64,000 nt of DNA from an uncultured Chloroflexia bacterium (GCA_963813335.1 CAWEYL010000003.1:352001-416000), one strand, 5' to 3'; positions 1 to 9,636 are shown, counted from the first letter of the stretch. Notes: generated by a model from the letters alone, not told the origin. A program made the numbers and translations.

Positions 1-95
1 AAGCGGACAGCCTCGAGTCGGCCCGACGCATGGTGAGCCTGGCCCTCCTACCACCCGGGCGGATCCGCGAGATCACCAACCTCGCGGACGCGCAC

Positions 96-2408
96 CTACT
101 CGGTGGTCGACACCCACGAGGCGATGCTGACTCTGGAGTTGAAGCCGAGCTTGTTGAGGATGTTGTAGACGTGGGTCTCGACGGTCCGCTCGGACAGGAA
201 TAGCCGAGTGGCGATCTCCTTGTTGCTCAATCCCTCGGCAATGAGCGTCGCGACCTCTCGCTCACGCTTGCCAAGCGGATCGGGCGCACTGGCGGTCGGG
301 GACCCAGCATCTCGCACGACCTTCTTCCCGAGGGCGAGACCCACGGCACCGTCCCGGTCGAGGCTCGCCCCCGCCTCGAATGCCTTGTTGAAGCGGGCCT
401 CGCCGAGCACGGCAGTGGACTGCTGTCGAGACTTCGCGACCAGGGGCATCGTGAACGGGCTCGGCTGGGCCCCGATCGCTCGACGCAACATCTCCGACGC
501 ACCCAAGAGCTCTGCCGCACGCTGCGCGCTTCCCGCCATCGCGGCGGCACTTGCGAGCGCTTCCATCCGCATCGCCAATCCGGGGCGGTCGTCGACGACC
601 AGGCTGGCATCCAGTGCTTCGATCAACGCCGCCTCGGCCGCAGCGTGATCACCGAGCATCAGGGCACCCATGCCGGCGCTGGTGAGATGCACGCTGAGCA
701 TGAAGATCTCGTTGCACTTGCGCGAACGCGCAGCGGCGGCGAGCCCGACGTCCCGCATCCGGGTGAAGTCGGCGTCGACGAAGGCCACGAAGGCCTCAGA
801 CTGGGCGGCCGCGATGAACGACATGTCGTCCCCGAGGCGCGTCGCGAGCGCCGTCGCTTCCGCGGACGTCGCGCGGGCTGCCGGCATGTCGCCGGCGAGG
901 ACCTCCAAGGCCGCCTGGTTCGCGAGGATCCGCACGAGGAGGCCGTCGTCCTTCGACCGGCGTGCGATCGCGGTCGCTTCCGCGACGGCCTCCAGTCCCG
1001 CCGCATGGTCACCCTGGACGACCGCGAGGGTGATCTTCACGTAGAGCGCATGGCTTCGGATGGCCTCGTCGCCACCGCGCCGGGCGAGGAGGTCGTCGAT
1101 CCAGTAGACGCCTTCGCTCACGGCGCGGTGTCTCCAGTGTTGGCCTAGTCCGGCCGCCATCGCCAGACCGAGGTCCGTCCCGTCTGGGTCAGCCAGGCAG
1201 TGCCGCAATGCGGCGCGGATGTTGTCGGCTTCGAGATCCAGCTCCTCGAGCCATGCGAGCTGGGATGCCACATCAGGTCTGGCCAGATCGAACTCGGTGG
1301 GTCGGCAGAGGCTCGAGTAGAACGAACGGTGTGCGTCCTTCGCGATCGCCTCCTCGCCCGCTTCACGGAGCCGAAGCAGCGCGAACTCACGCATGGTCTC
1401 GTGGAGTCGATAGCGCGCCCTTCCTGACGTGCCCTCGCGGACGACGAATGAGCGCTCAACGAGATTGGTCAGGACGTCCAGCGCGCTGAACTGCGTCGCT
1501 GTGCCCGCCTGGCCCACCTTCTCGGCTGCCTCCAAGCCGAACGAGCCGGCGAACACGGACAGGCGCCGGAGGACTGCTCGATCGTCGGGACCCAGCAGGG
1601 CGTGACTCCAGGCGATGGTGGCTTCGAGTGTCTGGTGGCGCAGGGGAGCGGTTCTGCTGCTACCAACAAGCAACTGGAAACGGTCGTTGAGACGCTCGAC
1701 GAGCTGCTCGAGGCCGAGGGTCCGCAGTCGCACCGACGCAAGCTCGATCGCCAGGGGGATGCCGTCGAGGCGGCGCGCCAGCTCCATGACGGCGGCCTGA
1801 TTGTCCGGGGTGATCTCGAAGGGTGCGCCGGCTTCCCGTGCACGCTCCACGAGCAAGGCGACGGCTTCCGACTGGGCGATCCGGTCGGGCGCCGCATGCC
1901 CCTCGGCGTCCGGGACCGACAACGGGCCGACCTGGATGACTGTCTCTCCGTTGACGCCGAGTGCCTGTGTGCTGGTCGCCAAGATCCGGAGAGACGGCGC
2001 CTCCCGCAGAACCGCATCGGCGAGCACCGCGCAGGCGTCGAGAAGGTGCTCACAGTTGTCGAGGACGAGCAACAACCGTTTGGAGGAGACGTACTCGATC
2101 AACCGGGACAGAGGCCACTGGCTCGACTCATCGCGAAGCCCGAGCGATGTCATGACCGTCTTCGTGACGAGCTCTGCATCCTCCAGACCGGCGAGCTCCA
2201 CGAGCCACACACCGTCCGGAATGCCGCGCCGGAGGTCAGCTGCCGACCTCAGGGCGAGCCGTGTCTTGCCCACCCCGCCCGTCCCGACAAGCGTCACGAG
2301 ACGGGCGGTTGCCAGAGCGGCCTTGATCTCCTGCAGTTGGCGGCGTCGACCGACGAAGGTCGTCAACTCGGCGGGCAGATTCCCCCGCATCGCTGTGGGA
2401 GTGGACAT
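96..2408 (-). CDS. ATPase (NB-ARC/AAA)-TPR-LuxR HTH transcriptional regulator
   Basis: N-terminal GNLPAELTTFVGR, Walker A GTGGVGKT, LLVLDNCEHL, LDGIPLAIELA; C-terminal LuxR HTH (REREVATLIAEGLSNKEIA...TVETHV). Confidence 0.92.
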   Translation of the reverse strand: MSTPTAMRGNLPAELTTFVGRRRQLQEIKAALATARLVTLVGTGGVGKTRLALRSAADLRRGIPDGVWLVELAGLEDAELVTKTVMTSLGLRDESSQWPLSRLIEYVSSKRLLLVLDNCEHLLDACAVLADAVLREAPSLRILATSTQALGVNGETVIQVGPLSVPDAEGHAAPDRIAQSEAVALLVERAREAGAPFEITPDNQAAVMELARRLDGIPLAIELASVRLRTLGLEQLVERLNDRFQLLVGSSRTAPLRHQTLEATIAWSHALLGPDDRAVLRRLSVFAGSFGLEAAEKVGQAGTATQFSALDVLTNLVERSFVVREGTSGRARYRLHETMREFALLRLREAGEEAIAKDAHRSFYSSLCRPTEFDLARPDVASQLAWLEELDLEADNIRAALRHCLADPDGTDLGLAMAAGLGQHWRHRAVSEGVYWIDDLLARRGGDEAIRSHALYVKITLAVVQGDHAAGLEAVAEATAIARRSKDDGLLVRILANQAALEVLAGDMPAARATSAEATALATRLGDDMSFIAAAQSEAFVAFVDADFTRMRDVGLAAAARSRKCNEIFMLSVHLTSAGMGALMLGDHAAAEAALIEALDASLVVDDRPGLAMRMEALASAAAMAGSAQRAAELLGASEMLRRAIGAQPSPFTMPLVAKSRQQSTAVLGEARFNKAFEAGASLDRDGAVGLALGKKVVRDAGSPTASAPDPLGKREREVATLIAEGLSNKEIATRLFLSERTVETHVYNILNKLGFNSRVSIASWVSTTE

Positions 2409-2609
2409 CGTGCATCGCTCCGGGCGTCGGGTCGTTCGTAGTCTGACAGCAACGCCGTCCGTGGCCGCGACGGGTTCCGGCCCTCGCCTGATCGTCCAAG
2501 CGCCCCGTCGCCACGAAAGCGCCGGAGGCGATCGGCCCGCCCGCAGGCTTCGCTACCGACACGTGATCGACGGCTCGCGAGCGGAGCGAGGGTCGCTGCA
2601 CCCCGAGTC

Positions 2610-3725
2610 TCAGTTGACGAGCGGGTAGGTGCCCCAGTCGGCGGGGTAGTCGTCCTCGGGACCGTTCGTGACCCGGACGACATCCATGCCGTCGGCGCGC
2701 ATCTGGAAGAGGTTGGCTTTGGTCTGGCCGCCGCCGATGTCGACCTGCCGGGTGAACAGGATCCGGGTGCCGTCGGGCGACCACTGCGGGTTCCCGAGGT
2801 TCGCCTCATCCGGGCTCGCGGCGATGACGATGGCCGTCGCCGCGCCCGACGCGATGTCGACGCTGTACAGCCGGCCGGCGCTCTCGACAGCGATCGACCG
2901 GCCGTCTGGTGCCCAGTCGCCATCCTCGACCGGGATGTCGCCGACCTGGCGTGCGTTCGTTCCGTCGGCGTCGGCAAGGAAGAGGCGGGGGCGGTCTTGT
3001 GGGGTCACCACCCGCGTGAACGCGATCGAGCTTCCGTCCGGCGCGAAGCCGATCGGGATGTCGTGTCCCCCGTTCGTCGAGGTCGTCAGTTGACGGAGGC
3101 CGCCGCCGTCAGAGCTGCGCAGCGACCACAGACCGGTCTGGCTCGGATCGGTGTCGTTCCATCCTTCGGCCACGATCGACGTCTGATCCACCGACCAGAC
3201 CCCGCAGAAGATGTTGAGCGGGCCGGTCGGGCTCGCGAGGAGACGGAAGCCGGTCCCGTCCCCGTTCATCACGGCGCCGGGGGTGGTGATGAGCTTGCCG
3301 TCGGGCGACCAGTACGGGCACGCGTGCGGCTCGGGCCGAAGCTGGCGCAGACGGGATCCGTCGGGGTTCACGGTGTACAGGACGACGTCGTTCTGCGCCG
3401 GGTCCCACCGGCCGAAGACGATCCGACCATTGGACGGTGGGCCGAAGGGGCGCCCACCGCCGGCAAGCAACGTCGCGAGGATCAGGGCGAGGATCAGTGC
3501 CGCGACCGCGAGCATCGTCCAGGCCGGACTCAGCGCGACTCGCGGGAACCCGATCGTCTTGGCAGTCATCGAGGAACTGCTCAGCGTCGCCCGCCAAGTG
3601 GGCCGCTGCCGACGGTGCGCGACGTGATCGAGGACCGCGTCGAGTTGGCCATCGACCACGGTCCGGTCGGCAAGGCCGTCAAGCGTTGCGCGGAGGGCAC
3701 GTTCGAGATCAGGCGAGGTATTCAT
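2610..3725 (-). CDS. Putative anti-sigma factor: cytoplasmic N-terminus, TM helix, TolB/PD40 beta-propeller
   Basis: Overlaps the stop of the upstream ECF gene; hydrophobic segment; repeated WSPDG motifs. Confidence 0.8.
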   Translation of the reverse strand: MNTSPDLERALRATLDGLADRTVVDGQLDAVLDHVAHRRQRPTWRATLSSSSMTAKTIGFPRVALSPAWTMLAVAALILALILATLLAGGGRPFGPPSNGRIVFGRWDPAQNDVVLYTVNPDGSRLRQLRPEPHACPYWSPDGKLITTPGAVMNGDGTGFRLLASPTGPLNIFCGVWSVDQTSIVAEGWNDTDPSQTGLWSLRSSDGGGLRQLTTSTNGGHDIPIGFAPDGSSIAFTRVVTPQDRPRLFLADADGTNARQVGDIPVEDGDWAPDGRSIAVESAGRLYSVDIASGAATAIVIAASPDEANLGNPQWSPDGTRILFTRQVDIGGGQTKANLFQMRADGMDVVRVTNGPEDDYPADWGTYPLVN

Positions 3726-4279
3726 GCCAGATGCTCCGCGGTCATTGACGGGATCCGCGCGTCGGCCTCGAGCGAGGCTCTCAACGCGGTCAGGGACCGG
3801 TTGAGCCGTGACTTCATCGTCCCGAGCGGGACGCCCAGCGTCGCGGCCGCGTCGGTCAACGGCAGGTCGAGGTAATAGACGAGGACGATCACGCTGCGTT
3901 GCTCGATCGTCAGGCGACGAAAGCCTCGCTCGATCTCGTCTGAGACCGCATTCGAGTACTCGATGTCGGGGCCGACCGGCTCGTGGATCGGCTCCAGTGG
4001 GACCTCGAGCCGCACGCGCCGGCTGGCGCGCCTGGCCACGTCCTGACAGGCGTGGACCAGGACCCGGTTCAGCCAGGCATCGAAGCGGTCCGGATCCCGC
4101 AGTCCACGCAGGTCGAGCCAGGCGTCAACCAGCGCGTCCTGGACCGCATCCTCGGCTCGACCCTCGTCGCGACAGATGAGCCGGGCGACGGCGTTGAGGC
4201 GACCGATGGACGCCATCGCGAGTTGCGAGAAGGCGTCGCGATCGCCTGCTCGAGCCCGGACGACGAGGTCCCGATCCAT
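3722..4279 (-). CDS. ECF RNA polymerase sigma factor
   Basis: Region 2 (AEDAVQDAL...FDAWL) and region 4 (LGVPLGTMKSRL). Confidence 0.93.
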   Translation of the reverse strand: MDRDLVVRARAGDRDAFSQLAMASIGRLNAVARLICRDEGRAEDAVQDALVDAWLDLRGLRDPDRFDAWLNRVLVHACQDVARRASRRVRLEVPLEPIHEPVGPDIEYSNAVSDEIERGFRRLTIEQRSVIVLVYYLDLPLTDAAATLGVPLGTMKSRLNRSLTALRASLEADARIPSMTAEHLA

Positions 4280-4311
4280 CTCACCACCTGACGAAGGTGC
4301 GGACGCGTTCC

Positions 4312-4361
4312 GCTGTCATGGTGAACGGCCGAAGCTCGCAGGAAAAGGTTCCATCTTGTCC
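4312..4361 (-). promoter_or_regulatory. Candidate ECF-dependent promoter, copy 1 (GGAACC...CGTT on minus strand)
   Basis: 50-bp block 43/50 identical to 5468-5517; lies directly upstream of the ECF gene. Confidence 0.65.
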
Positions 4362-4377
4362 ACGCGATAGGCCCGGA

Positions 4378-5447
4378 TCAACTCGGCGAGATCCGCAGCA
4401 CATACGGCTGACCTTCGGCCGCGACCCAGACCGCTCCACCCGCCACGACGACGTTACCGCACTCGCCATCGAGTATCGAGGTGCCCGACGATGCGTCCCG
4501 TCGCGGCGTCGATCCGCGTCAACCCGCCGTCGGCGACCCAGACGGATCCGAGGCCGACGGCCAGGCCGCCGATGCCTACCTCGGTACCCAGGTCGACCGC
4601 GGTGATGGCCTTGCCCGAGTCGGGATCGATGCGGGACCGACCAGCCCGTGCGGCCCGTGCCGACGCCGATCCAGACCTCCTTGCCGTCGCTCGCCACCGG
4701 GCCGTCCAGCGGTACCCGCAGCCCGACCTTGTTGGTCGCGGCATCGATCCGCACCACCTCATCCATGTTGTCGACGTCCACCCAGACGCCACCGGGTCCA
4801 GCCGTCATGATCTGCGGCCCATTCGGTCGCGATCGGCCCGACCGGGATCGTCGCGACGACCTTGTTGGTCGCGGGATCGATCGCGCGTGACCGCGCCACT
4901 GTGCTCGTCGGCCACCCATACCGACGCCCGCGGTCACGGCCACGCCCAGCGGCTGCGATCCGACCGGGATCGACGCAACCACCTTGCCGGCGACCGGGTC
5001 GATCCTCAGGAGGGCGTCGTGCTCGTAGTCCGACTGCCAGACGGCACCTGCTCCGGTCGTCACGTAGCCGTACTCCATCCAGTCCAAGGGGAATCGTCCC
5101 GTGATGGCGGACGTCGCCAGATCCACGCGCACCAGGCTCGTGGGCTCGTGGACCCAGAGCGACTGGTCGTCGGCAGCGAACCAGCGCGGTCTCGACTGGC
5201 TGACCGACCTGGATCCGGCTCTCGATCTGCGCGCCGGCCGGGATGGACGCGGACGATGACGGAGCCGCACTCGCGATGCCGGTGGCGACTCGACAACGGC
5301 CGTGAAGCTCGTGGCTGACACGCTCGCGGAAGCCGCCGGCGTGGTCTCACGGGACGAAGGACTCGTCGGCGTCGCCGCACAGGCTCCGACTGAGATCGCG
5401 ACCAAGGCGGCGACGCTCGCCCCCACGACCAATGACGGATATCGCAT
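4378..5447 (-). CDS. Lipoprotein with YVTN-like beta-propeller repeats (several frameshifts)
   Basis: Signal/lipobox-like SVGAC; repeats LVRVDLAT, LLRIDPVAGKVVASIPVG, VVRIDAATNKV continue in alternate frames (4454-4792); TGA at 4378. Confidence 0.7.
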
Positions 5448-5467
5448 GGAACGGCTCCTCGGTTCGG

Positions 5468-5517
5468 GCTGTCATGGGGAACGGCCGACGTTCGAGGGGA
5501 AAGGTTCCATCTCGTCC
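5468..5517 (-). promoter_or_regulatory. Candidate ECF-dependent promoter, copy 2
   Basis: Near-identical to 4312-4361; about 20 nt upstream of the lipoprotein start. Confidence 0.65.
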
Positions 5518-5595
5518 GCGGGAAGGTCCCGACGCGCACGGTGCGGGCCGAGGAGTCCAGTCGATCGGAGCGATCGCTCGACGATCAGGCAGGTA

Positions 5596-5639
5596 TGGTC
5601 GGGGCGAGAGGACTGGACCCGACAGAACCTACCTCATCG
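5596..5639 (-). repeat. tRNA-Pro 3'-end-derived att-like palindromic site (copy 3)
   Basis: TGGTCGGGGCGAGAGGA identical to 18754-18770; 41/44 identical to 12821-12864. Confidence 0.9.
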
Positions 5640-5806
5640 ACGGTCGCCGACCGGGTCTCCGGCGTGCTGTGATCCATCCAGTGAAGCGACCAGCGTTCCC
5701 GAAATCGGGATGGATCCCGAGTGTCCCAAACGGTCATGACTCAGGACACAGCCGACCGCCGTCGACTGACTGGCCGCGAGACGCTGGATGGACACTGGTC
5801 GGCCTG

Positions 5807-6205
5807 TCAGCCGGCGAGGACGCTGTCCACGCGGATGACCGGCGGATGCTCGAAATGCTTCTTCACCGCACATTGCTCCGCCGACCTGACGACTGCGTCG
5901 GCGTACTTGGCCGGGAACCCTTCGGGCAGCTCGATCGTGACCTGCACGTCGTTGACCAGGTGGGTCGCCGGGTCGAGCTGCATGCGCTGGACCAGACGGA
6001 TGCCCTCCGGCGAGATCCCCCGCTGCCGGCAGAAGCCCAGGACGTAGATGCCCGCGCAGGTGCCGATCGTCGAGAGGAACGTCGCGAAGGGCGTCGGGGC
6101 AGAACTCTCGCCGCCGCCCGCAGCGGGCTGATCGGTGGGCACGACGAATCCGCCGAAGTGCGCGTCGACGCGCGCGCCGCCGGGGAAGTCGATGGTCATC
6201 TCCAT
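5807..6205 (-). CDS. OsmC family protein
   Basis: TDQP...GGESSAPTPF...GTCAG and CAVK motifs. Confidence 0.88.
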   Translation of the reverse strand: MEMTIDFPGGARVDAHFGGFVVPTDQPAAGGGESSAPTPFATFLSTIGTCAGIYVLGFCRQRGISPEGIRLVQRMQLDPATHLVNDVQVTIELPEGFPAKYADAVVRSAEQCAVKKHFEHPPVIRVDSVLAG

Positions 6206-6232
6206 GGCATGAAACCTCGTTCTGTGGATGTC

Positions 6233-6631
6233 CTATTCAAGGGGTGCGCCGGCCGCGGCGAGGTCCGCCATCCCACCGGCGTCGACGATGTCGCTGAAGC
6301 CAGCCGCGACCATCTGGTCAGCGGCGACAGCGCTCCGCCGGCCGGAGTGGCAGTAGACGAGATAGGCGGCCGACTGGTCGAGGGACGAGATCCGCGACGC
6401 GAAATCGGCGGCCTCGACGCTGATGTTCTGCGCCCCGGCGATATGGCCGGCCGCGTATTCCGCATGGGTGCGGACGTCGATGACGACCCGCGAGTCCAGC
6501 ATGCGCACCGCCTCGCTCGGGTCGACCTTCTGGATGGCGGACCGTGCCGAGGAACCGCCGCATGCGGCAATGGCGATCGCCGCCAGGGCGAGAAGGACGA
6601 CGAGGCCGAAACGAGTGGAACGGTGGTTCAT
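6233..6631 (-). CDS. Rhodanese-domain lipoprotein
   Basis: Start MNHRSTRF at 6631; lipobox IAACGG; IDVRT..EY..GHIAGA; active site YCHSGRRS. Confidence 0.9.
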   Translation of the reverse strand: MNHRSTRFGLVVLLALAAIAIAACGGSSARSAIQKVDPSEAVRMLDSRVVIDVRTHAEYAAGHIAGAQNISVEAADFASRISSLDQSAAYLVYCHSGRRSAVAADQMVAAGFSDIVDAGGMADLAAAGAPLE

Positions 6632-6759
6632 CCTGATGCTCCGAGTGTCGTGGTCCGTCGGACCTGTCGGTCGACGGGGGGTGGTCGGTTCCTGGGCGAG
6701 GCGACGGTCGTGCCCATCGGCGATGCCATCGACGTGATCGGGCGGCCGCACGAGTCCAT

Positions 6760-7290
6760 TCATCGGTAGCAGATGCCCCCTCTGGCGCGCATCCGAAATC
6801 GCCAGGCCAGCGTGCCGGCAAGGAGGATCAGCGAGACGGCTCCGATGACGGGCTGGAGGGGCGCGAAGACCGTCATGGCCCCGCTGGTCCCGAGCAGGAC
6901 CAGGGCGATCTTGTTGCACACCGGGCAACCGATCGCCAGGAACGCACCGAGGCTGGCGACGGCCCCGAGGGTCGTCCCGTCGCCACCTCCGGCGGCCGTG
7001 CTGGCAGCGAGGAGGAACGCGTCTGGCTCGGCCGGGACGATCGGGCCGGGCGCCGTGTAGGTCGCGCCCAGCAGGCCCATGAGCGGAGCCGACATCAGCC
7101 ATATGGCGATCGCGAACGGCTCGACGGGCACCTGCCGACCGAACACCGGGTTGGGGATGATGGCCGCGACCACGCCGAAGGCGACGACCGACGCGGCCGT
7201 CCAGAGCACGGCATGCACGGCGAAGCGCCGGTCGATGGTTGCGAGCACCGCAGCCGCTGGACAGCCGACCGGCAGTGAACGACCGATCAC
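6760..7290 (-). CDS. Membrane protein with GCPVCNK motif
   Basis: Several TM segments, IIPNPVFGR, AIGCPVCNK; GTG start overlaps the DUF302 stop. Confidence 0.75.
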   Translation of the reverse strand: MIGRSLPVGCPAAAVLATIDRRFAVHAVLWTAASVVAFGVVAAIIPNPVFGRQVPVEPFAIAIWLMSAPLMGLLGATYTAPGPIVPAEPDAFLLAASTAAGGGDGTTLGAVASLGAFLAIGCPVCNKIALVLLGTSGAMTVFAPLQPVIGAVSLILLAGTLAWRFRMRARGGICYR

Positions 7291-7700
7291 GGCCGGTCCA
7301 GCGTCGCGATCACGCGTTGAAGGCGGGCCCTCGCCTCCTCGGCCACCAGCCGGATCGCCGGCAAGTCGACGATACCGAGGATGGCCATCGGATCCATCGC
7401 CTCGACGATCGTGCCCGTGCCGTCTTGGCGGAGGACGACGTTGCAGGGGAGCAGGGCGCCCACGGACGGATCGGCTTCGAGCGCCCGGTGAGCGAGCGGA
7501 GGGTTGCAGGCTCCGAGGATCACGTACGGTGGCCGCTCGATTCCCAGCTTGTCCCGCATCGTCGCCTTGATGTCGATCTCGGTCACGACGCCAAAGCCCT
7601 CGGCGCGAAGGGCGGCCTCGACGGCCGAGCGTGCGCTTGGGAGATCGCTCTTCATGCGCGTGCCGAAGGTGAAGCTGGTGGCGATTGCCATGGGGCTCAC
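7287..7700 (-). CDS. DUF302 domain protein
   Basis: GFGVVTEIDI, YVILGACNP, LLPCNV motifs. Confidence 0.9.
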   Translation of the reverse strand: MSPMAIATSFTFGTRMKSDLPSARSAVEAALRAEGFGVVTEIDIKATMRDKLGIERPPYVILGACNPPLAHRALEADPSVGALLPCNVVLRQDGTGTIVEAMDPMAILGIVDLPAIRLVAEEARARLQRVIATLDRP

Positions 7701-8056
7701 CTCGCGCTGGCCCGGAGAGCAGGCCCATTCGGGCGACGTGCAGGCGGCAGGACCCGCTCCAGGCGGCGCGCCACGATCGCATGGATGATGTCGCAGGCAT
7801 CGGTGATCGCCGGCTCGGCGAGCCGGTAGTACACGGTCGTCCCGGTGCGGCGGCCATCGACGAGTCCCGCCGATCGCATGACGGCGAGGTGTTGGCTCAC
7901 GTTCGGCAGTGCCACGCCGATCGCGGCAGCCAATCCGCCGACGGATCGCTCGCCTCCCCGCAAGGTATCGAGAAGCATGAGCCGTTTCGGGTCCGTCAGG
8001 ACTTTGCAGAGCTCTGCGTGGAGGCGGTACGTCTCCGACTTGTCGTCAAGGTCCAC
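7697..8056 (-). CDS. ArsR/SmtB family repressor with two Cys
   Basis: LCKVLTDPKRL, NVSQHLAVMRSAGLV, YYRL, DACD; GGAGG precedes GTG at 8056. Confidence 0.9.
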   Translation of the reverse strand: MDLDDKSETYRLHAELCKVLTDPKRLMLLDTLRGGERSVGGLAAAIGVALPNVSQHLAVMRSAGLVDGRRTGTTVYYRLAEPAITDACDIIHAIVARRLERVLPPARRPNGPALRASAR

Positions 8057-8112
8057 GGGATCGGGTGTCCTCCAGGAGGCGGTGCGTGGCGTAGTCCCTA
8101 CGGTACGCCTAT

Positions 8113-8128
8113 TTGCGTACTTGCGCAA
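8113..8128. promoter_or_regulatory. Candidate ArsR operator, TTGCGTA-CT-TGCGCAA
   Basis: Imperfect 7-2-7 inverted repeat in the AT-richer region upstream of the ArsR gene. Confidence 0.5.
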
Positions 8129-8287
8129 CTAACGTACTAATCGGTGCACCTGGAACCTCGCACGGACTCCGACTGGAATGAGCAACCGCGCGCGACTCGA
8201 CGGCGTCCCATCGACGCGGGCGCGACATGGGCGCACCAACCTAGGACCGCGATCGCGGGGACGTTCCCACGTGGCTCGCACAGAAAG

Positions 8288-8342
8288 TGGTCGGGGCGAG
8301 AGGGATAGCCCCGCCACCAACGACCTTCCCATCACGATGCGC
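8288..8342 (-). repeat. tRNA-Pro 3'-end-derived att-like palindromic site (copy 2, divergent)
   Basis: TGGTCGGGGCGAGAGG (16 nt identical to the tRNA end), then GCCCCG..ACCA forming an inverted repeat, then ACGATGCGC also found in the tRNA. Confidence 0.8.
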
Positions 8343-8432
8343 CTCGCCGAGCCGCCGGAGCCTTTCGACTGGCTCAAGAGCGCATGACGAGACGGCCATC
8401 CCGCCGAGCGCGCCACCGACCGCGAGGTCCGG

Positions 8433-8639
8433 GTGGTCGAAGCCGTCCTGGTCGCCGGGTCGGAGAAGGCCGCCGCCTACCGCCTCGGCCTGTCGCACTC
8501 GACCGTCAAGCACCACCTGGCGAACGCACGGACGAAGGTGGGGGCGGAGACGACGGCGCAGCTCGTGTGGATCCTGGCGGAGCGGCTGCCCGAGGCCGAA
8601 GACCTGGCCCCACCGGACGACGAACAGCAGTCCGCATGA
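8433..8639 (+). CDS. Small stand-alone LuxR-type HTH protein (5' end uncertain)
   Basis: (ATDREVR)VVEAVLVAGSEKAAAYRLGLSHSTVKHHLANARTKVG; ATG at 8384 is 1 nt out of frame. Confidence 0.6.
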   Translation: MVEAVLVAGSEKAAAYRLGLSHSTVKHHLANARTKVGAETTAQLVWILAERLPEAEDLAPPDDEQQSA

Positions 8640-8667
8640 CGAGGTCGTAGGGCTACTCGCGCTACCC

Positions 8668-8796
8668 CGAGGACTCTTCTTGGCACCCAAGACCGTCGAG
8701 GCGGACATCGCCAGCATCTTCTCGGAGCTCGAGCTCCTGCCCGCGCCGGACGATCACCTCGGGGTGCTTGCCGTCCTTGCCGATCTTCGAGGGGCG
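8668..8796 (+). pseudogene. C-terminal remnant of a NarL-type response regulator
   Basis: LFLAPKTVEADIASIFSELEL.P.PDDH..VLAVL resembles the NarL-family C-terminus; no receiver domain or start codon. Confidence 0.6.
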
Positions 8797-9062
8797 GGTG
8801 ACGCCGTCCTTCATGGTCACGTCGACCGCACAGCTCGGCCCGTTTCGCTCGCGCGGCTCGTGCTGTGGGTCCTGCGTTCAGGCGGGCTCGCGCTCCGACT
8901 CCTCCGTCGTCTCGACGCCGCCCGTTCCTTCGGTGCTCCCATGCCACGTGGATCCTGGGAGGGGCCCACGACGGCGGCGCCCGCCGGCTGGCGTTGCCGG
9001 CGCGCGGTGAAGATGGTCGGGGACGGGATGGTCGACGATCTGCGTGCCCAGGAGCTACCTCG

Positions 9063-9636
9063 CTAGGGGTTGGCCACGCGCCACGATTGGCTCACGCCGA
9101 CCCCATTGGTGTCGCCCGCCCCGTGGTCGCCGGCCGAGAAGTACAGGGGCGCGCCGTTGTAGGTGAGCTGCACGGTCCCGTCTGGCCGCGTCACCTGGGC
9201 CAACTTGCCGGTGATCCCGCTGACACCCGCGGTGGCGCCGTCACTCAGGAGCAGCGGCGGCCAGGTCTTCGAGCAGCTCGCGTTGCAGGCGCTCGTCCCA
9301 GAACCGGGCACGTCCTTGTTGAAGACGTAGACGGTCAGGGGATCCTCGCCAGTCGTCGAATTCGGCCACGAGGTACGTGCCCACCCCGGCCTTCGTTGTT
9401 GACGACAGGGTCCACACCGCGACGTTGTTGCCCTCCCCGCCAGCTGCCGTGGGAGCGGCCGATGCCGGTGCGACCGTGGTGGTCGCCGCTGGCACCGACG
9501 AGGCGCCGTTCGACGCACAAGCGCTGAGCGTCAGAGCGAGGGCCGCGACGATCACGATGAGCGCTCGGGCATGCAGGCGTTGGTTTGGTGCGCGCCCGGT
9601 TCCGGATCCCTTCTCATGCTGTGCGTTCATCTTCAT
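9063..9636 (-). CDS. COG4315-like secreted repeat lipoprotein (frameshift near 9360)
   Basis: Lipobox LSAC in one frame; TVYVFNKD...C...C..TWPP...QLTYNGAPLY..GD..GDTNG in the next frame. Confidence 0.8.

Larger units (their letters stand above)
5596..8287. mobile_element. Cassette/mini-island C (2692 bp): ArsR-DUF302-CxxC membrane protein-rhodanese-OsmC
   Basis: Bounded by tRNA-3'-end direct repeats at 5596 and 8288; one self-contained operon; no integrase. Confidence 0.65.

Noticed and set aside
18-28. TCGGCCCGACG matching the right arm of the att-like site
   Set aside because: The tRNA core is absent upstream within the window; too short to call without flanking sequence.
9014-9029. TGGTCGGGGACGGGAT as another att copy (resembles the tRNA-Pro(TGG) end)
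   Set aside because: Only 10 contiguous matching nt in high-GC DNA, with no dyad arm or downstream motif.
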